DNA of 64,000 bases from Dehalococcoidia bacterium (GTDB lineage: Bacteria; Chloroflexota; Dehalococcoidia; UBA2979), in NCBI GenBank assembly GCA_965247895.1, contig OZ252046.1, positions 3,005,282-3,069,281 of the forward strand. Reading direction: 5' to 3'. Positions 34,686 to 44,274 of this stretch are shown in pieces (the stretch's first letter is position 1; each line of letters opens with the position of its first letter). The notes below the pieces were generated by a model. The model made no database searches and had not been told where the DNA came from. It saw nothing but the letters and a program-made list of their open reading frames with translations. Made by a program: the position numbers and the translations under genes.

Positions 34686-36028
34686 TGAGCGCCGCCAGGC
34701 CCGCGCTGCGCATCGTCGAGGGCGCCGAGGCGGCCCGCGCCAGCGTGCTGCGGCGCGAGCCGCTCGGCGATCCGGCGCTGCCGCCGCCCGTGCGCGCCTC
34801 GATCCGCGAGACCTTCGGCGCCGACCTCAGCGCCTCCGAGGTGGTCGCGCGGATCATCGCGAGCGTGCGCGCCGAGGGCGACGCGGCCGTGCGTGCCTTC
34901 TCACAGCGCTTCGACGGCTCGGCGGACGCGCCGTTCGAGGTGACCCGCGAGGAGATCGAGGCCGCGTTCGCGGAGACGCCGGCCGAGTTGCTCGACTCGC
35001 TGCGCTTCGCCGCCGATCGTGTGCAGCGCTACCACGAGCGCCAGCTCGCGCACGGGCCGCGCTCCTTCCTCGAGGACGGGGTGGGGATGACCGTGCAGCC
35101 GATCGCGCGGGCGGGCATCTACATGACCGGCAGCGTCGCGGTGCTGCCCTCGTCGGTGCTGCACACGGCGCTGCCCGCGCTCGTCGCCGGCGTGCCGGAG
35201 CGGATCGGCGTCTCGGCCGCGCGCGAGGACGGCAGCGTGCACCCGCTGAAGCTGGTCGCCGCGGAGCTGGCCGGCGTGCAGCGCGTCTTCCGCGCCTCGG
35301 GCGCGCAGGCGATCGCGGCGCTGGCGCTCGGCACGGAGACGATCCCGCGCGTCGACAAGATCTTCGGCCCCGGCAACGTCTTCGTGACGCTCGCCAAGCA
35401 GCAGCTCTTCGGCGAGGTCGGCATCGACGCGCTCTACGGCCCCACCGAGACGCTCGTGCTCGCCGACGACGAGGCCGCGCCCGATCTCTGCGCCGCCGAC
35501 CTGCTGGCGCAGGCGGAGCACGACACCCTCGCCAGGCCGGTGCTGATCACCACCTCGCGCGCCCACGCCGAGGCGGTGCAGGCCGAGGTCGAGCGCCAGC
35601 TCGGCGACCTCGAGCGCGGCGCGATCGCGCGCGCGGCCGTCGAGGGCGGCGGGGCGGTCGTCGCGGACGGCCTCGACGAGGCGGTCGCGCTCGCCAACGA
35701 GTTCGCGCCGGAGCACCTCTGCCTGCTGACGCGCGAGCCGGAGCGGATCGCGCCGCTCATCACCCAGGCGGGTGGCGTCTTCGTCGGCGATCACTCGCCC
35801 GAGGTGCTCGGCGACTACGTCGCGGGGCCGAGCCATGTCATGCCGACGGGCGGATCGGCGCGCTACGCCTCGCCGCTCTCGGTGCTGGACTTCCTCAGGA
35901 TCAGCTCCGTGATCGCCTTGCCGGAGGACGCCCTCGCGGAGTTGGGCCCGCACGCCGCGCGGCTCGCCCGCGCCGAGGGCCTGACCGGCCACGCACGCTC
36001 GATCGAGCGCAGGCTGGAGGGACTGTGA
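34685..36028 (+). CDS. hisD: Histidinol dehydrogenase
   Basis: It contains GPGNVFVTLAKQQLFGEVGIDALYGPTE and LLAQAEHD. Confidence 0.95.
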   Translation: MSAARPALRIVEGAEAARASVLRREPLGDPALPPPVRASIRETFGADLSASEVVARIIASVRAEGDAAVRAFSQRFDGSADAPFEVTREEIEAAFAETPAELLDSLRFAADRVQRYHERQLAHGPRSFLEDGVGMTVQPIARAGIYMTGSVAVLPSSVLHTALPALVAGVPERIGVSAAREDGSVHPLKLVAAELAGVQRVFRASGAQAIAALALGTETIPRVDKIFGPGNVFVTLAKQQLFGEVGIDALYGPTETLVLADDEAAPDLCAADLLAQAEHDTLARPVLITTSRAHAEAVQAEVERQLGDLERGAIARAAVEGGGAVVADGLDEAVALANEFAPEHLCLLTREPERIAPLITQAGGVFVGDHSPEVLGDYVAGPSHVMPTGGSARYASPLSVLDFLRISSVIALPEDALAELGPHAARLARAEGLTGHARSIERRLEGL

Positions 36029-37188
36029 TGGCCGACACGCAGAGTTTCGACCTCGAGGCGGCGCAGCGTCCGCCGCTGCGTTCGCTGCGCGGCTACGAGC
36101 CGATCGAACCCCCGGAGCAGGTCGCCGCCCGCTACGGCGTCGCGCCGGAGACGATCGTCAAGCTCGACGGCAACGAGAACCCGTACGGCCCTGCGCCGCG
36201 CGCCCTCGAGGCGCTGGCGGGCGGCTACGCGGCGCACCGCTACCCGGACCCGGAGCAGCGGCGCCTCCGCGAGGCCCTCGCGGCGCGCCACGGCGTGCCG
36301 CCCGAGTGCATCGTCGCGGGCGCGGGCGCGGACGAGATCATCGACCTCGTGTTCCGCATCTTCATCGACGCGGGCGACCGCGTCGTGATCGCCTCGCCGA
36401 CGTTCGGGATGTACTCCTTCGGCGCGGAAGTCGCGGGCGCGCAGCTCGTCGACGTGCCGAGGCGCGCCGACTGGTCGGCGGACCTCGACGCGCTGGCCGC
36501 GGCCTGCGAGGGCGCAAAGGCAGTGTTCCTGCCCTCGCCCAACAACCCGACGGGCGGACTGCTGCCCCCCGACGCCGCGGAGCGCCTGCGCGCGAGCGGC
36601 GCGATCGTCGTCATTGACGAGGCCTACGTGGAGTTCGCGAGCGGCCACGAGGGCGTGCACAGCGGACCGCCGACCCTCGTGGGCGACGCGGCGAGGGAGG
36701 GCGGTGCGCCGCTGATCGTGCTGCGCACGTTCAGCAAGTGGGCCGGGCTCGCAGGGCTGCGGGTCGGCTACGGCGTCATGCCGGCCTCGGTGGCCGCGCT
36801 GCTGATGGCCTGCAAGCAGCCGTACGGCGTCAGCACCGCCGCCGAGGCGGCCGCGCTCGCCTCCCTCGAAGACACGCTGCTGCTCGATGAGCGCGCCTGC
36901 GAGATCGCCGGGGAGCGCGATCGGCTGGCGGGCGAGTTGCGGGCGGGCGGCTGGCTGGAGCCGGTGCCCTCGCAGGCGAACTTCCTGCTCTGCCGGCTCG
37001 CCTTCGGCAGCGGCGCGGCGCTGCGCGAGGCGCTCGCGCGTCGAGGCGTCTTCGTGCGCTTCTTCGGCCACGAGCGCCTGCGCGACCACGTCCGCATCTC
37101 GATCGGCACGCACGAGGACAGCGAGCGCCTGCTCGCGGCGCTCGCGGAAGCGCGGGCTGAGGTGGAAGGCGCGGGCGGGGGGCGGTAA
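36028..37188 (+). CDS. hisC: Histidinol-phosphate aminotransferase
   Basis: It contains KLDGNENPYGP and RTFSKWAGLAGLRVGY (PLP lysine). The ATG overlaps the hisD TGA. Confidence 0.9.
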   Translation: MADTQSFDLEAAQRPPLRSLRGYEPIEPPEQVAARYGVAPETIVKLDGNENPYGPAPRALEALAGGYAAHRYPDPEQRRLREALAARHGVPPECIVAGAGADEIIDLVFRIFIDAGDRVVIASPTFGMYSFGAEVAGAQLVDVPRRADWSADLDALAAACEGAKAVFLPSPNNPTGGLLPPDAAERLRASGAIVVIDEAYVEFASGHEGVHSGPPTLVGDAAREGGAPLIVLRTFSKWAGLAGLRVGYGVMPASVAALLMACKQPYGVSTAAEAAALASLEDTLLLDERACEIAGERDRLAGELRAGGWLEPVPSQANFLLCRLAFGSGAALREALARRGVFVRFFGHERLRDHVRISIGTHEDSERLLAALAEARAEVEGAGGGR

Positions 37189-37206
37189 CAGCGTCAGTCA
37201 ATTTGC

Positions 37207-37247
37207 GTCAACTTGGTTTGTTGGAGTGTCAGTAGACACAAGTTGAC
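37207..37247. promoter_or_regulatory. 9-bp inverted repeat GTCAACTTG, 23-nt spacer, CAAGTTGAC in the AT-richer hisC-hisB gap
   Basis: Read directly. It is a candidate operator and/or internal promoter region. Confidence 0.35.
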
Positions 37248-37292
37248 CCAAGATCGTACTTTGGAAGGGCGCACCGGGAGGGCGGCCCCACC

Positions 37293-38048
37293 GTGGAGAT
37301 CAAGAGCGAGACCTATTTGCGCGTGCGCGAGGCGTACGAGTCGGGCGAGCTCGACGTGCTCGGCGGGCAGACACGGCTCGCCGAGGAACTCGGCGTGACA
37401 CGCCAGGCGATCAACACCAACCTCAAGCGCGTCAAGCGCGAAGTCGCCAACGGCGAGCGCCGCGCCACCCTCGACCGTATCACTGCCGAGACCCGCATCC
37501 ACGTCGAACTCGACATCGACGGGACCGGCAACTCCGAGATCTCCACCGGGGTCGGCTTCTACGACCACATGCTGGAGGCGTTCGCGAAGCACGGCCGCTT
37601 CGACCTCGAGCTGCGCTGCGAGGGCGACCTGCACGTCGACGAGCACCACACGATGGAGGACTGCGCGCTGGCGCTCGGCGCCGCCTTCGACGAGGCGCTC
37701 GGCGACCGCAGCGGCATCGTGCGCATGGGCGACTCGACGGTGCCGCTCGACGAGGCGCTGATCCAAGCAGTCGTCGATTGCTCCGGCCGGCCCTACGCGG
37801 CGATCGACTTCGACTGGAACGGCGAGCGCATCGGGCAGGCCCCGACGGAGATGATCTCGCACGCCCTGCAATCGTTTTCGCAGGGCGCGCGCGTGGCGCT
37901 GCACGTGCGCCAGCTCGCCGGCGCCAACGACCACCACATCGCCGAGGCCGCCTTCAAGGCGCTCGGGCGCGCCCTCGATGCCGCGACGAGCCGCGATCCG
38001 CGGATCGCAGGCGAGACGCCGAGCACCAAGGGCACGCTGACAGCGTGA
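37293..38048 (+). CDS. hisB: Imidazoleglycerol-phosphate dehydratase with a ~50-aa N-terminal HTH-like extension
   Basis: The IGPD core runs from RRATLDRITAETRI and contains GFYDHMLEAF, DEHHTMED and NDHHIAEA. The extension contains QTRLAEELGVTRQAINTNLKR. The GTG lies 10 nt after GGGAGGG. Confidence 0.85.
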   Translation: MEIKSETYLRVREAYESGELDVLGGQTRLAEELGVTRQAINTNLKRVKREVANGERRATLDRITAETRIHVELDIDGTGNSEISTGVGFYDHMLEAFAKHGRFDLELRCEGDLHVDEHHTMEDCALALGAAFDEALGDRSGIVRMGDSTVPLDEALIQAVVDCSGRPYAAIDFDWNGERIGQAPTEMISHALQSFSQGARVALHVRQLAGANDHHIAEAAFKALGRALDAATSRDPRIAGETPSTKGTLTA

Positions 38049-38055
38049 CGGCCGC

Positions 38056-38940
38056 ATGAGCGCGGACCCGGCCGCGCCGCGCGGTGTCGTCCACTGTGCC
38101 GACGGCGTGGCGGTCGCGCGCACCCTCGAGGACGAGAGTGTCGACCTCGTCTACCTCGACCCGCCGTTCAACACGGGCAGGCGGCAGACGCGCGAGCAGC
38201 TGCGCACGCGGCGTGTTCCCGAAGGCAGCGAGGACGGCGCGGGCGACCGCACCGGCTTCGGCGGGCGGCGCTACGAGACGGAGCGGCTGGGCAGCCGCTC
38301 CTTCGAGGACGCCTACGACGACTACCTCGGCTTCCTCGAGCCGTTCCTCGTCGAGGCGCAGCGGCTGCTTGCGCCCTCGGGCAGCCTCTACCTGCACCTC
38401 GACTACCGCGAGGTGCACTACGCCAAGGTGCTGGCGGACCGGATCTTCGGGCGTGTCAACTTCGTCAACGAGATCATCTGGGCCTACGACTACGGCGCGC
38501 GTCCGAAGCGGCGCTGGCCGGCGAAGCACGACAACATCCTCTTCTACGCGAAGGACGCCGCGCGCAACCGCTTCAACGCCGAGGACATCGAGCGCATCCC
38601 CTACATGGCGCCGGGCCTCGCCGGCCCGGAGAAGGCGGCGCGCGGCAAGCTGCCGACCGACACCTGGTGGCACACGATCGTCAGCCCGACGGGCAAGGAG
38701 AAGCTCGGCTACCCGACGCAGAAGCCGATCGGTGTCCTCGAGCGGATCGTGCGCGCGTCCTCGCCGCCGGGCGGGCTGGTGTGCGACTTCGTCGCGGGCA
38801 GCGGCACCACGGGCGAGGCGGCGCTGCGCCACGGCCGCCGCTTCGTCCTCGCCGACGACTCGCCGGAGGCCTTCGAGGTGATGATGCGCCGTTTCGCCGC
38901 CTGCGAGGGCGTCGCGTTCGCCGAAGGGATCGGCGGCTGA
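38056..38940 (+). CDS. Site-specific DNA methyltransferase (N6_N4_Mtase family, beta class; N6A or N4C)
   Basis: Motif IV (LVYLDPPFNTG) comes before motif I (VCDFVAGSGTTGEAA). Confidence 0.9.
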   Translation: MSADPAAPRGVVHCADGVAVARTLEDESVDLVYLDPPFNTGRRQTREQLRTRRVPEGSEDGAGDRTGFGGRRYETERLGSRSFEDAYDDYLGFLEPFLVEAQRLLAPSGSLYLHLDYREVHYAKVLADRIFGRVNFVNEIIWAYDYGARPKRRWPAKHDNILFYAKDAARNRFNAEDIERIPYMAPGLAGPEKAARGKLPTDTWWHTIVSPTGKEKLGYPTQKPIGVLERIVRASSPPGGLVCDFVAGSGTTGEAALRHGRRFVLADDSPEAFEVMMRRFAACEGVAFAEGIGG

Positions 38941-39728
38941 TGCAGGACTGCTATGCCGGAGATGTAGGAGACTTCGGCAAGTATGGCTTGCTCCGCGCGC
39001 TGTGTGGCGACGACCTCCGCCTAGGTGTGCTCTGGTACCGATTTGAGTCGTGCGACGGTGGTAAGGACGTTGGCTACCTCGAACTGTCACGCAGCGCTGC
39101 TTTCGAGCGTTGTAACCCCCAACTCTTTCGAGCGATGCGGACGATCGTGCAAGGAGGTACGCGAACTATTGCGGCCGTCGAGGCGAGCGACGCCCTACCA
39201 GACGGCAAGGCGTGCTTCTCTGAGGAGTTGAACATAACGTCAGACGATTCATGGGGAGAGAGGCAGCGACAACGCAGCAAGTGGCTCGCTGATGGCTTCG
39301 AGAGAGTGGCCGGCACCCAAGTCGTCTTCGCTGATCCGAACACGGGTCTCGAGATCCCAAGCGTCGGGCCTGTGGCCGTGGGTGGACGAGGCAGCAATGA
39401 CGGCAGGAAGTACGCCTACTATCACGACCTCCAACCACATTGGGAGGCGGGACAGAGCATCGTCGTCTACCACCACTCCTCCCGGAGCGTTAAGGGAGAG
39501 TCGGTGGAGATCCAAGTGGGAAAGCGCATAGAGGCGCTACGTCGGCACTTCCGGCTGCCGCGACACCAGAAGGTCATGGCCCTGCGCTACCACCGCGGTA
39601 CATCGCGCACATACTTGGTGGTGCCCGCTCCTGAACATGCCGCGCGGCTCGTCGAGCGCTGCGGAGCGTTTGTTGAGTCCCTGTGGGGTCAAGGGACGAA
39701 GCCGCACTTCACGCTGTTGGAAGGCTGA
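38940..39728 (+). CDS. Unrecognised 262-aa protein, translationally coupled to the methyltransferase
   Basis: Its ATG overlaps the MTase TGA (TGATG). Hand counts on three 60-nt lines give about 60% GC against about 70% in the flanks. It contains YAGDVGDFGKYGLLRAL, VVFADPNTGLE and IVVYHHSSR. I recognise no family. Confidence 0.65.
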   Translation: MQDCYAGDVGDFGKYGLLRALCGDDLRLGVLWYRFESCDGGKDVGYLELSRSAAFERCNPQLFRAMRTIVQGGTRTIAAVEASDALPDGKACFSEELNITSDDSWGERQRQRSKWLADGFERVAGTQVVFADPNTGLEIPSVGPVAVGGRGSNDGRKYAYYHDLQPHWEAGQSIVVYHHSSRSVKGESVEIQVGKRIEALRRHFRLPRHQKVMALRYHRGTSRTYLVVPAPEHAARLVERCGAFVESLWGQGTKPHFTLLEG

Positions 39729-40558
39729 CCACCATCTCCGCTGATACCACCACCGACATCCTCGCGTTTGCCCTCGAACTGGCGGACGCGGCCGACGCGG
39801 TCGCGATGCGCGACTACCGGACGGCGCACGCCGTCGAGCGCAAGGCGGACGGGACGTTCGTGACGCCCGCCGACCGCGAGATCGAGGCGCTGCTGCGCGA
39901 ACGCATCGCCGAGCGCTACCCGGCCCACGCCATCCTCGGCGAGGAGCAGGGCGGCGGGCAGGCCCCCGAAGGCGAGTCGCGCTGGATCCTCGACCCGATC
40001 GACGGGACACACAACTACATGCGCGGCATCCCGGTCTGGGGGACGTTGATCGCCTGCGAGCGCGGCGGAAGCGTCGAGGTCGGCGTCGTCTCCGCGCCCG
40101 CGCTCGGGACGCGCTGGTGGGCGGGCCGCGGCCTCGGCGCCTACCGGGGTGCGACGGGCCGCGCGGCGGGCGGCCGCGCCGCCGGGACGGGCGAGCGCAT
40201 CCGTGTCTCCGATGCCGAGACGATCGCCGAGGCGCAGATCGTGTACGGGGAGATGGTCGCGACCCTCGATCGCTGGCCCGGCGCGCGGGCGCTGCTCGGG
40301 GACGCCTGGCGCGTGCGCGGCTTTGGCGACTTCTGGGGCTTCACCCTCGTCGCCGAGGGCGCCGCCGACGTGATGCTGGACGGTGCCAACCTCCACCCCT
40401 GGGACATCGCCGCCCTGATCCCGATCGTCGAGGAGGCCGGCGGCCGCCTCACGGATGCCGAGGGCGGCCCGCCGGAGGGCGCGGGGCCTCGCATCGCCTC
40501 GAACGGACGTCTCCTCGCGGAGGTGTTGAGGCGTCTCGCTGACCCCGGAGCGACATAG
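39683..40558 (+). CDS. hisN: Histidinol-phosphatase, inositol monophosphatase family (HisN-type)
   Basis: It contains LGEEQGG and WILDPIDGTHNYMRGIPVWGTLIA. The only in-frame start is GTG 39683, which overlaps the preceding ORF by 46 nt. Confidence 0.8.
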   Translation: MGSRDEAALHAVGRLTTISADTTTDILAFALELADAADAVAMRDYRTAHAVERKADGTFVTPADREIEALLRERIAERYPAHAILGEEQGGGQAPEGESRWILDPIDGTHNYMRGIPVWGTLIACERGGSVEVGVVSAPALGTRWWAGRGLGAYRGATGRAAGGRAAGTGERIRVSDAETIAEAQIVYGEMVATLDRWPGARALLGDAWRVRGFGDFWGFTLVAEGAADVMLDGANLHPWDIAALIPIVEEAGGRLTDAEGGPPEGAGPRIASNGRLLAEVLRRLADPGAT

Positions 40559-40698
40559 CCGGTCCGCGTCCGGGCAGCCCCCCGATACCTCGTCGCAACG
40601 TCTACAATCACCGTCGTCGCCGCCCCGGGGGAAGCCGACACCCGATCGGGCGATTCCGAGGCTCCCCGCCATGCGGTAGCAAGCGGAGGAGGCACGCC

Positions 40699-42090
40699 AT
40701 GCTCGTGAACGTGCTCTCGCGCCGCCGTCCCGCCCTGATCGTGGCGGTCTCCGGCCTCGTGGCGCTCTCCCTCTTCCTCGTCCGCCCGGTTGTCGCGCAC
40801 GCGGCAGGGGTCGAGGACGAGACGCAGTTCATCCTCAACACCTTCGCGTTCCTCGTCTGGGGCGCGCTCGTGATGTGGATGTGCGCCGGGTTCACGATGC
40901 TCGAGGCGGGCTCGGTGCGTACCAAGAACGCGTCGATGATCTGCCTGAAGAACATCGGCCTCTACTCGATTGCCGGACTCGCCTACTTCTTCATCGGCTA
41001 CAACCTGATGTACGGCGAGATCATCGGCGGCGTGATCGGCACGCCCGACCTCCTCTACGGGCCGACGGCTGCCGAGATTGACCTCGTGTCCGGAGACGGG
41101 GACGCCGACGCCGTGATCGGCAACGGCTACTCGACGATGTCCGACTGGTTCTTCCAGATGGTCTTTGTCGCCACGGCCGCCTCGATCGTCTCGGGCGCGC
41201 TCGCCGAGCGCGTCAAGATGTGGTCGTTCTTCCTGTTCACGCTGGTGCTGACCGCGATCATCTACCCGATCGTCGGAGCCTGGACGTGGGGCGGCGGATG
41301 GCTGCACGAGCTGGGGTTCCAGGACTTCGCCGGCTCCACCATCGTGCACGGCGTCGGCGGCTGGGCGGCGCTCGCAGGCGTGCTCGTGGTCGGCCCGAGG
41401 CTGGGCAAGTTCCGCCGCGACGGCACGCCGAGGCCCACGCCGCCCTCGAACATCCTGATCGTGACGCTTGGCGTCTTCATCCTCTGGTTCGGCTGGTTCG
41501 GGTTCAACGGCGGATCGCAGCTGGCGCTGGGCAGCGCCGCCGACGTGACGGCGATGAGCCACGTGCTGGTCAACACGAACCTCGCGGCGTCCGCCGGCGT
41601 GATGGCGGCCCTCGTTCTCTCGCGGTACATCCTCGGGCGTACGGACCTGTTCGCGGGCCTGAACGGAGCGATCGCGGGGCTGGTCTCGATCACCGCCGGG
41701 CCTGACATCACCGAGCACTACTGGGCGGTGATCATCGGCGCCATCGGGGGGATCATCTGCACCGCCGGACTCAAGCTGCTGGAACGACTGCAGCTCGACG
41801 ACGTGGTCGGCGCGGTGCCGGCCCACCTCTTCGCCGGCATCTGGGGCACCCTCGCCGCCTCGATCGTGGCGGGGGCCGACATCGGGGTGCAGTTACTCGG
41901 CGTGGTCTCGGTCGGCGTGTTCGTCTTCGGGGTCTCGTGGGTGCTGTGGCAGGTGCTGGCGCGGACGCTGAGCGTCCGCGTGGAGCCGGCCGTCGAGCGC
42001 CTCGGTCAGGACGCCGGCGAGCTGGGCATCGAGGCCTACCCTGAGTTCGTGCTCATGCCCGAGGAGTTCTTCGAGGACGACGAGGACTGA
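40699..42090 (+). CDS. amt: Ammonium transporter
   Basis: Amt/MEP signature segments (AGFTMLEAG, FAGSTIVHGVGGWAAL, WFGWFGFNGGS). The ATG follows GGAGGAGG. Confidence 0.95.
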   Translation: MLVNVLSRRRPALIVAVSGLVALSLFLVRPVVAHAAGVEDETQFILNTFAFLVWGALVMWMCAGFTMLEAGSVRTKNASMICLKNIGLYSIAGLAYFFIGYNLMYGEIIGGVIGTPDLLYGPTAAEIDLVSGDGDADAVIGNGYSTMSDWFFQMVFVATAASIVSGALAERVKMWSFFLFTLVLTAIIYPIVGAWTWGGGWLHELGFQDFAGSTIVHGVGGWAALAGVLVVGPRLGKFRRDGTPRPTPPSNILIVTLGVFILWFGWFGFNGGSQLALGSAADVTAMSHVLVNTNLAASAGVMAALVLSRYILGRTDLFAGLNGAIAGLVSITAGPDITEHYWAVIIGAIGGIICTAGLKLLERLQLDDVVGAVPAHLFAGIWGTLAASIVAGADIGVQLLGVVSVGVFVFGVSWVLWQVLARTLSVRVEPAVERLGQDAGELGIEAYPEFVLMPEEFFEDDED

Positions 42091-42107
42091 GTCCCGGCGG
42101 TTCGGCC

Positions 42108-44180
42108 TCAGTCGTGCTCCAGGTAGTCGTGGCTCACCCAGCCCTCGACGCCGTCCTCGGTGCGGACGTGGACCCAAAGGGCCGCCTCCGCCACGCCGAT
42201 CGACGTGTGGAACGGCCGTGAGTCGTCACGTGGCGTATCGGGTTCGGCCAGGATGAGGCGCTCGCCGTCAGGGAGGCACTCCCTGGTTGGGTTGTCCGTC
42301 CCCGGCTCCTCGCGGAGCGCGAGGCAGCCGCCGGTTCCGGCTACGCGGAGCGCGATCTCGTCGTCGAACGGCGGGAGTTGGATCTTCGGTGGGAGCAGGA
42401 TCTGCCGGTGTTCAACGCCTCCGCGGAACTCACGGATGGTGAACCAGCGCTCGCGGTGTGTGTCACCCCACCATGACTCGCCCCATGAAACCTCCCCGGG
42501 GCCGCTCCAGCGTTCCTCGTCGACGTCGTACACACCGGGGCCATAGGCCATGTAGCGGCCGCCGCCCGTCGGGGCGGCTGCAGGGCCTCGCTCGGTGGGC
42601 GCCCCACTCGGCGGGCCACCTGGTCGGGAAGCCGGAAGGGAGATCAGGTCGGGCGACGGAGGTATGCGCAAGATCGCGTATCCATCGTGTACGCCGACGA
42701 CGAGCCCGTCACCTGTAGACAGCCAGTTGTGAGGCCACGTTCCCGAAGAGACCCGGTGCGCCGATTGCGCGCGGAGTATCGGGGTGCAGGTGTCGGCCGC
42801 AGCGATCACGACGGTGGACCATGGAGGCCCCCCACTGGCGTCACCGGGGTGATAACCGCGGTCCTCCCGGTAGATGCTGCCGTCGTCGCGGACCACGAGA
42901 CCTGTCCAGTGGAATGCGCCGCCAGTTACCTGGGCTACGAACCGTCCGTCCGGGGACCGTAGCCCTTCGCATGCTGGACCGGGCGCCCGGATCCCATCCC
43001 AGGTGAAGTAGAGGACATCCGAATATGGGTAGGTGGTCCTACCCGCATGGGTGACGCTCAGGCGAATTCGGGGAGGGGCCCACCCCTGGCCTCCGAGGAG
43101 GAGCCGCTGGGGCCCTTCGTCCCCGACTTGAGCCTCGAATAGCACTGTTGGGCGCGCGGACTCCACGGGAACGAGGTACACCCTGTCTTTCGTGCCGAGC
43201 GCGATGGTCTGGCCGTCCGGTGAGAAGCGTACTAGTGGATCGGCGCCCTCGGTGTCGAGGGAGAAGCGGGCTACTTCCTTCATGTCTCGGTTCACGACGG
43301 TGAACCGACCCGTGTAGTAGGGCCAGGCCGAATCGAGATCCTCGAAGAGGAGGTGCTGCTCGGATGCCTTCAGCAACCGGATGCCGCCGTAGCTCCGTGG
43401 CCAACGCCAGGATCGCCCCGTCTTTCGATCCAGTAGTAGGCGCGACCCCTCAAGATCGTATGAAGTGAGCCAACCGCCTGGGCGACGGTAGTAGATATGT
43501 CCCGGGTCGGCACCGGGCACACGGTATCCGTCTATGAGCCCGGTCCCCGGATCCGTCACGAAGATGCCGTGCGTCCAGTCGATGTCCTCGCCCGTTTCGA
43601 AGGTGTGGTGCTCGAATGCGTCGGGTGCCGGCTCGATGAGCGCGACGCCTGGATGGGGCGTTGGCGACGGGGTGGCAGTCGCCGTTGGGGTGGGTTCCGG
43701 CGTGGGCGACGGGGTGGCAGTCGCTGTCGGGGTGGGTTCCGGCGTGGGCGACGGGGTGGCAGTCGCCGTCGGTGTGGCTTCCGGGGTGGGCGACGGGGTC
43801 GCTGCGGATGCCGGCTCAGGTGTCGGAGTCGCAGTCTGAGCAGGCGTCGAGGTGGCACGAGGCGGAGCCGCCGTGGGTACGGGAGTGGGTCTCGGCGTCG
43901 GCGTCGGGGACGGCAGGGGGGTGGGGGTGGCGGTGGCCGTCGGCGCCGGCTCGGGTGTCGAGGTGGCGGGTGGGGTCGCCACGACCGTCGGCGGGGACGT
44001 TGCGGTCGGCGTCGCTGGACGGGCGGGCGTGCTGGCAGCGGCCCTCGGCGACGAACTCGGAGGGGCGGTCGGCTCGCTCGCGTCCTCGCACGCGGCGGCG
44101 GCGATCAGCATCGCAAGCGCGGTCGCCGCGATGACGAGGCGTGCGACGGACGTGACAGCGGCTCGGGAGTCGAGGCCCAT
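42108..44180 (-). CDS. Surface lipoprotein: Pro/Thr-rich linker, beta-propeller-like region, C-terminal SH3b-like domain
   Basis: I chose the ATG at 44180 ([31 protein letters not shown] lipobox). It has TolB/WD40-like FSPDGQTIA and RSPDGRFVA segments. The C-terminus reads [19 protein letters not shown]. Confidence 0.75.
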   Translation of the reverse strand: MGLDSRAAVTSVARLVIAATALAMLIAAAACEDASEPTAPPSSSPRAAASTPARPATPTATSPPTVVATPPATSTPEPAPTATATPTPLPSPTPTPRPTPVPTAAPPRATSTPAQTATPTPEPASAATPSPTPEATPTATATPSPTPEPTPTATATPSPTPEPTPTATATPSPTPHPGVALIEPAPDAFEHHTFETGEDIDWTHGIFVTDPGTGLIDGYRVPGADPGHIYYRRPGGWLTSYDLEGSRLLLDRKTGRSWRWPRSYGGIRLLKASEQHLLFEDLDSAWPYYTGRFTVVNRDMKEVARFSLDTEGADPLVRFSPDGQTIALGTKDRVYLVPVESARPTVLFEAQVGDEGPQRLLLGGQGWAPPRIRLSVTHAGRTTYPYSDVLYFTWDGIRAPGPACEGLRSPDGRFVAQVTGGAFHWTGLVVRDDGSIYREDRGYHPGDASGGPPWSTVVIAAADTCTPILRAQSAHRVSSGTWPHNWLSTGDGLVVGVHDGYAILRIPPSPDLISLPASRPGGPPSGAPTERGPAAAPTGGGRYMAYGPGVYDVDEERWSGPGEVSWGESWWGDTHRERWFTIREFRGGVEHRQILLPPKIQLPPFDDEIALRVAGTGGCLALREEPGTDNPTRECLPDGERLILAEPDTPRDDSRPFHTSIGVAEAALWVHVRTEDGVEGWVSHDYLEHD
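43663..43800. repeat. In-frame 42-bp tandem repeat, about 3.3 copies (encodes [14 protein letters not shown])
   Basis: Units start at 43663, 43705 and 43747. Confidence 0.9.
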
Positions 44181-44274
44181 GCTGACACCATAGGTCCCGG
44201 GTCGGCCCCGACGCGCCCACCTCCGCCACAGCGCGGGACCAGGCCGGGCGGGCTTCAGGCGACGGCGACACCGT

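Noticed and set aside
38030-39745. A short shared CACGCTG at both borders of the MTase cassette, considered as a possible target duplication.
   Set aside because: Seven nucleotides of GC-rich identity is well within chance expectation. I do not claim it as an att site or target duplication.
40559-40698. A possible riboswitch or nitrogen-regulatory leader upstream of amt. A TACAAT -10-like hexamer sits at 40603-40608.
   Set aside because: I could not match the region to the glutamine riboswitch or any other consensus I know. I found no convincing -35 element and no GlnR/NtcA-type box. TACAAT alone is expected a few times by chance in 64 kb.
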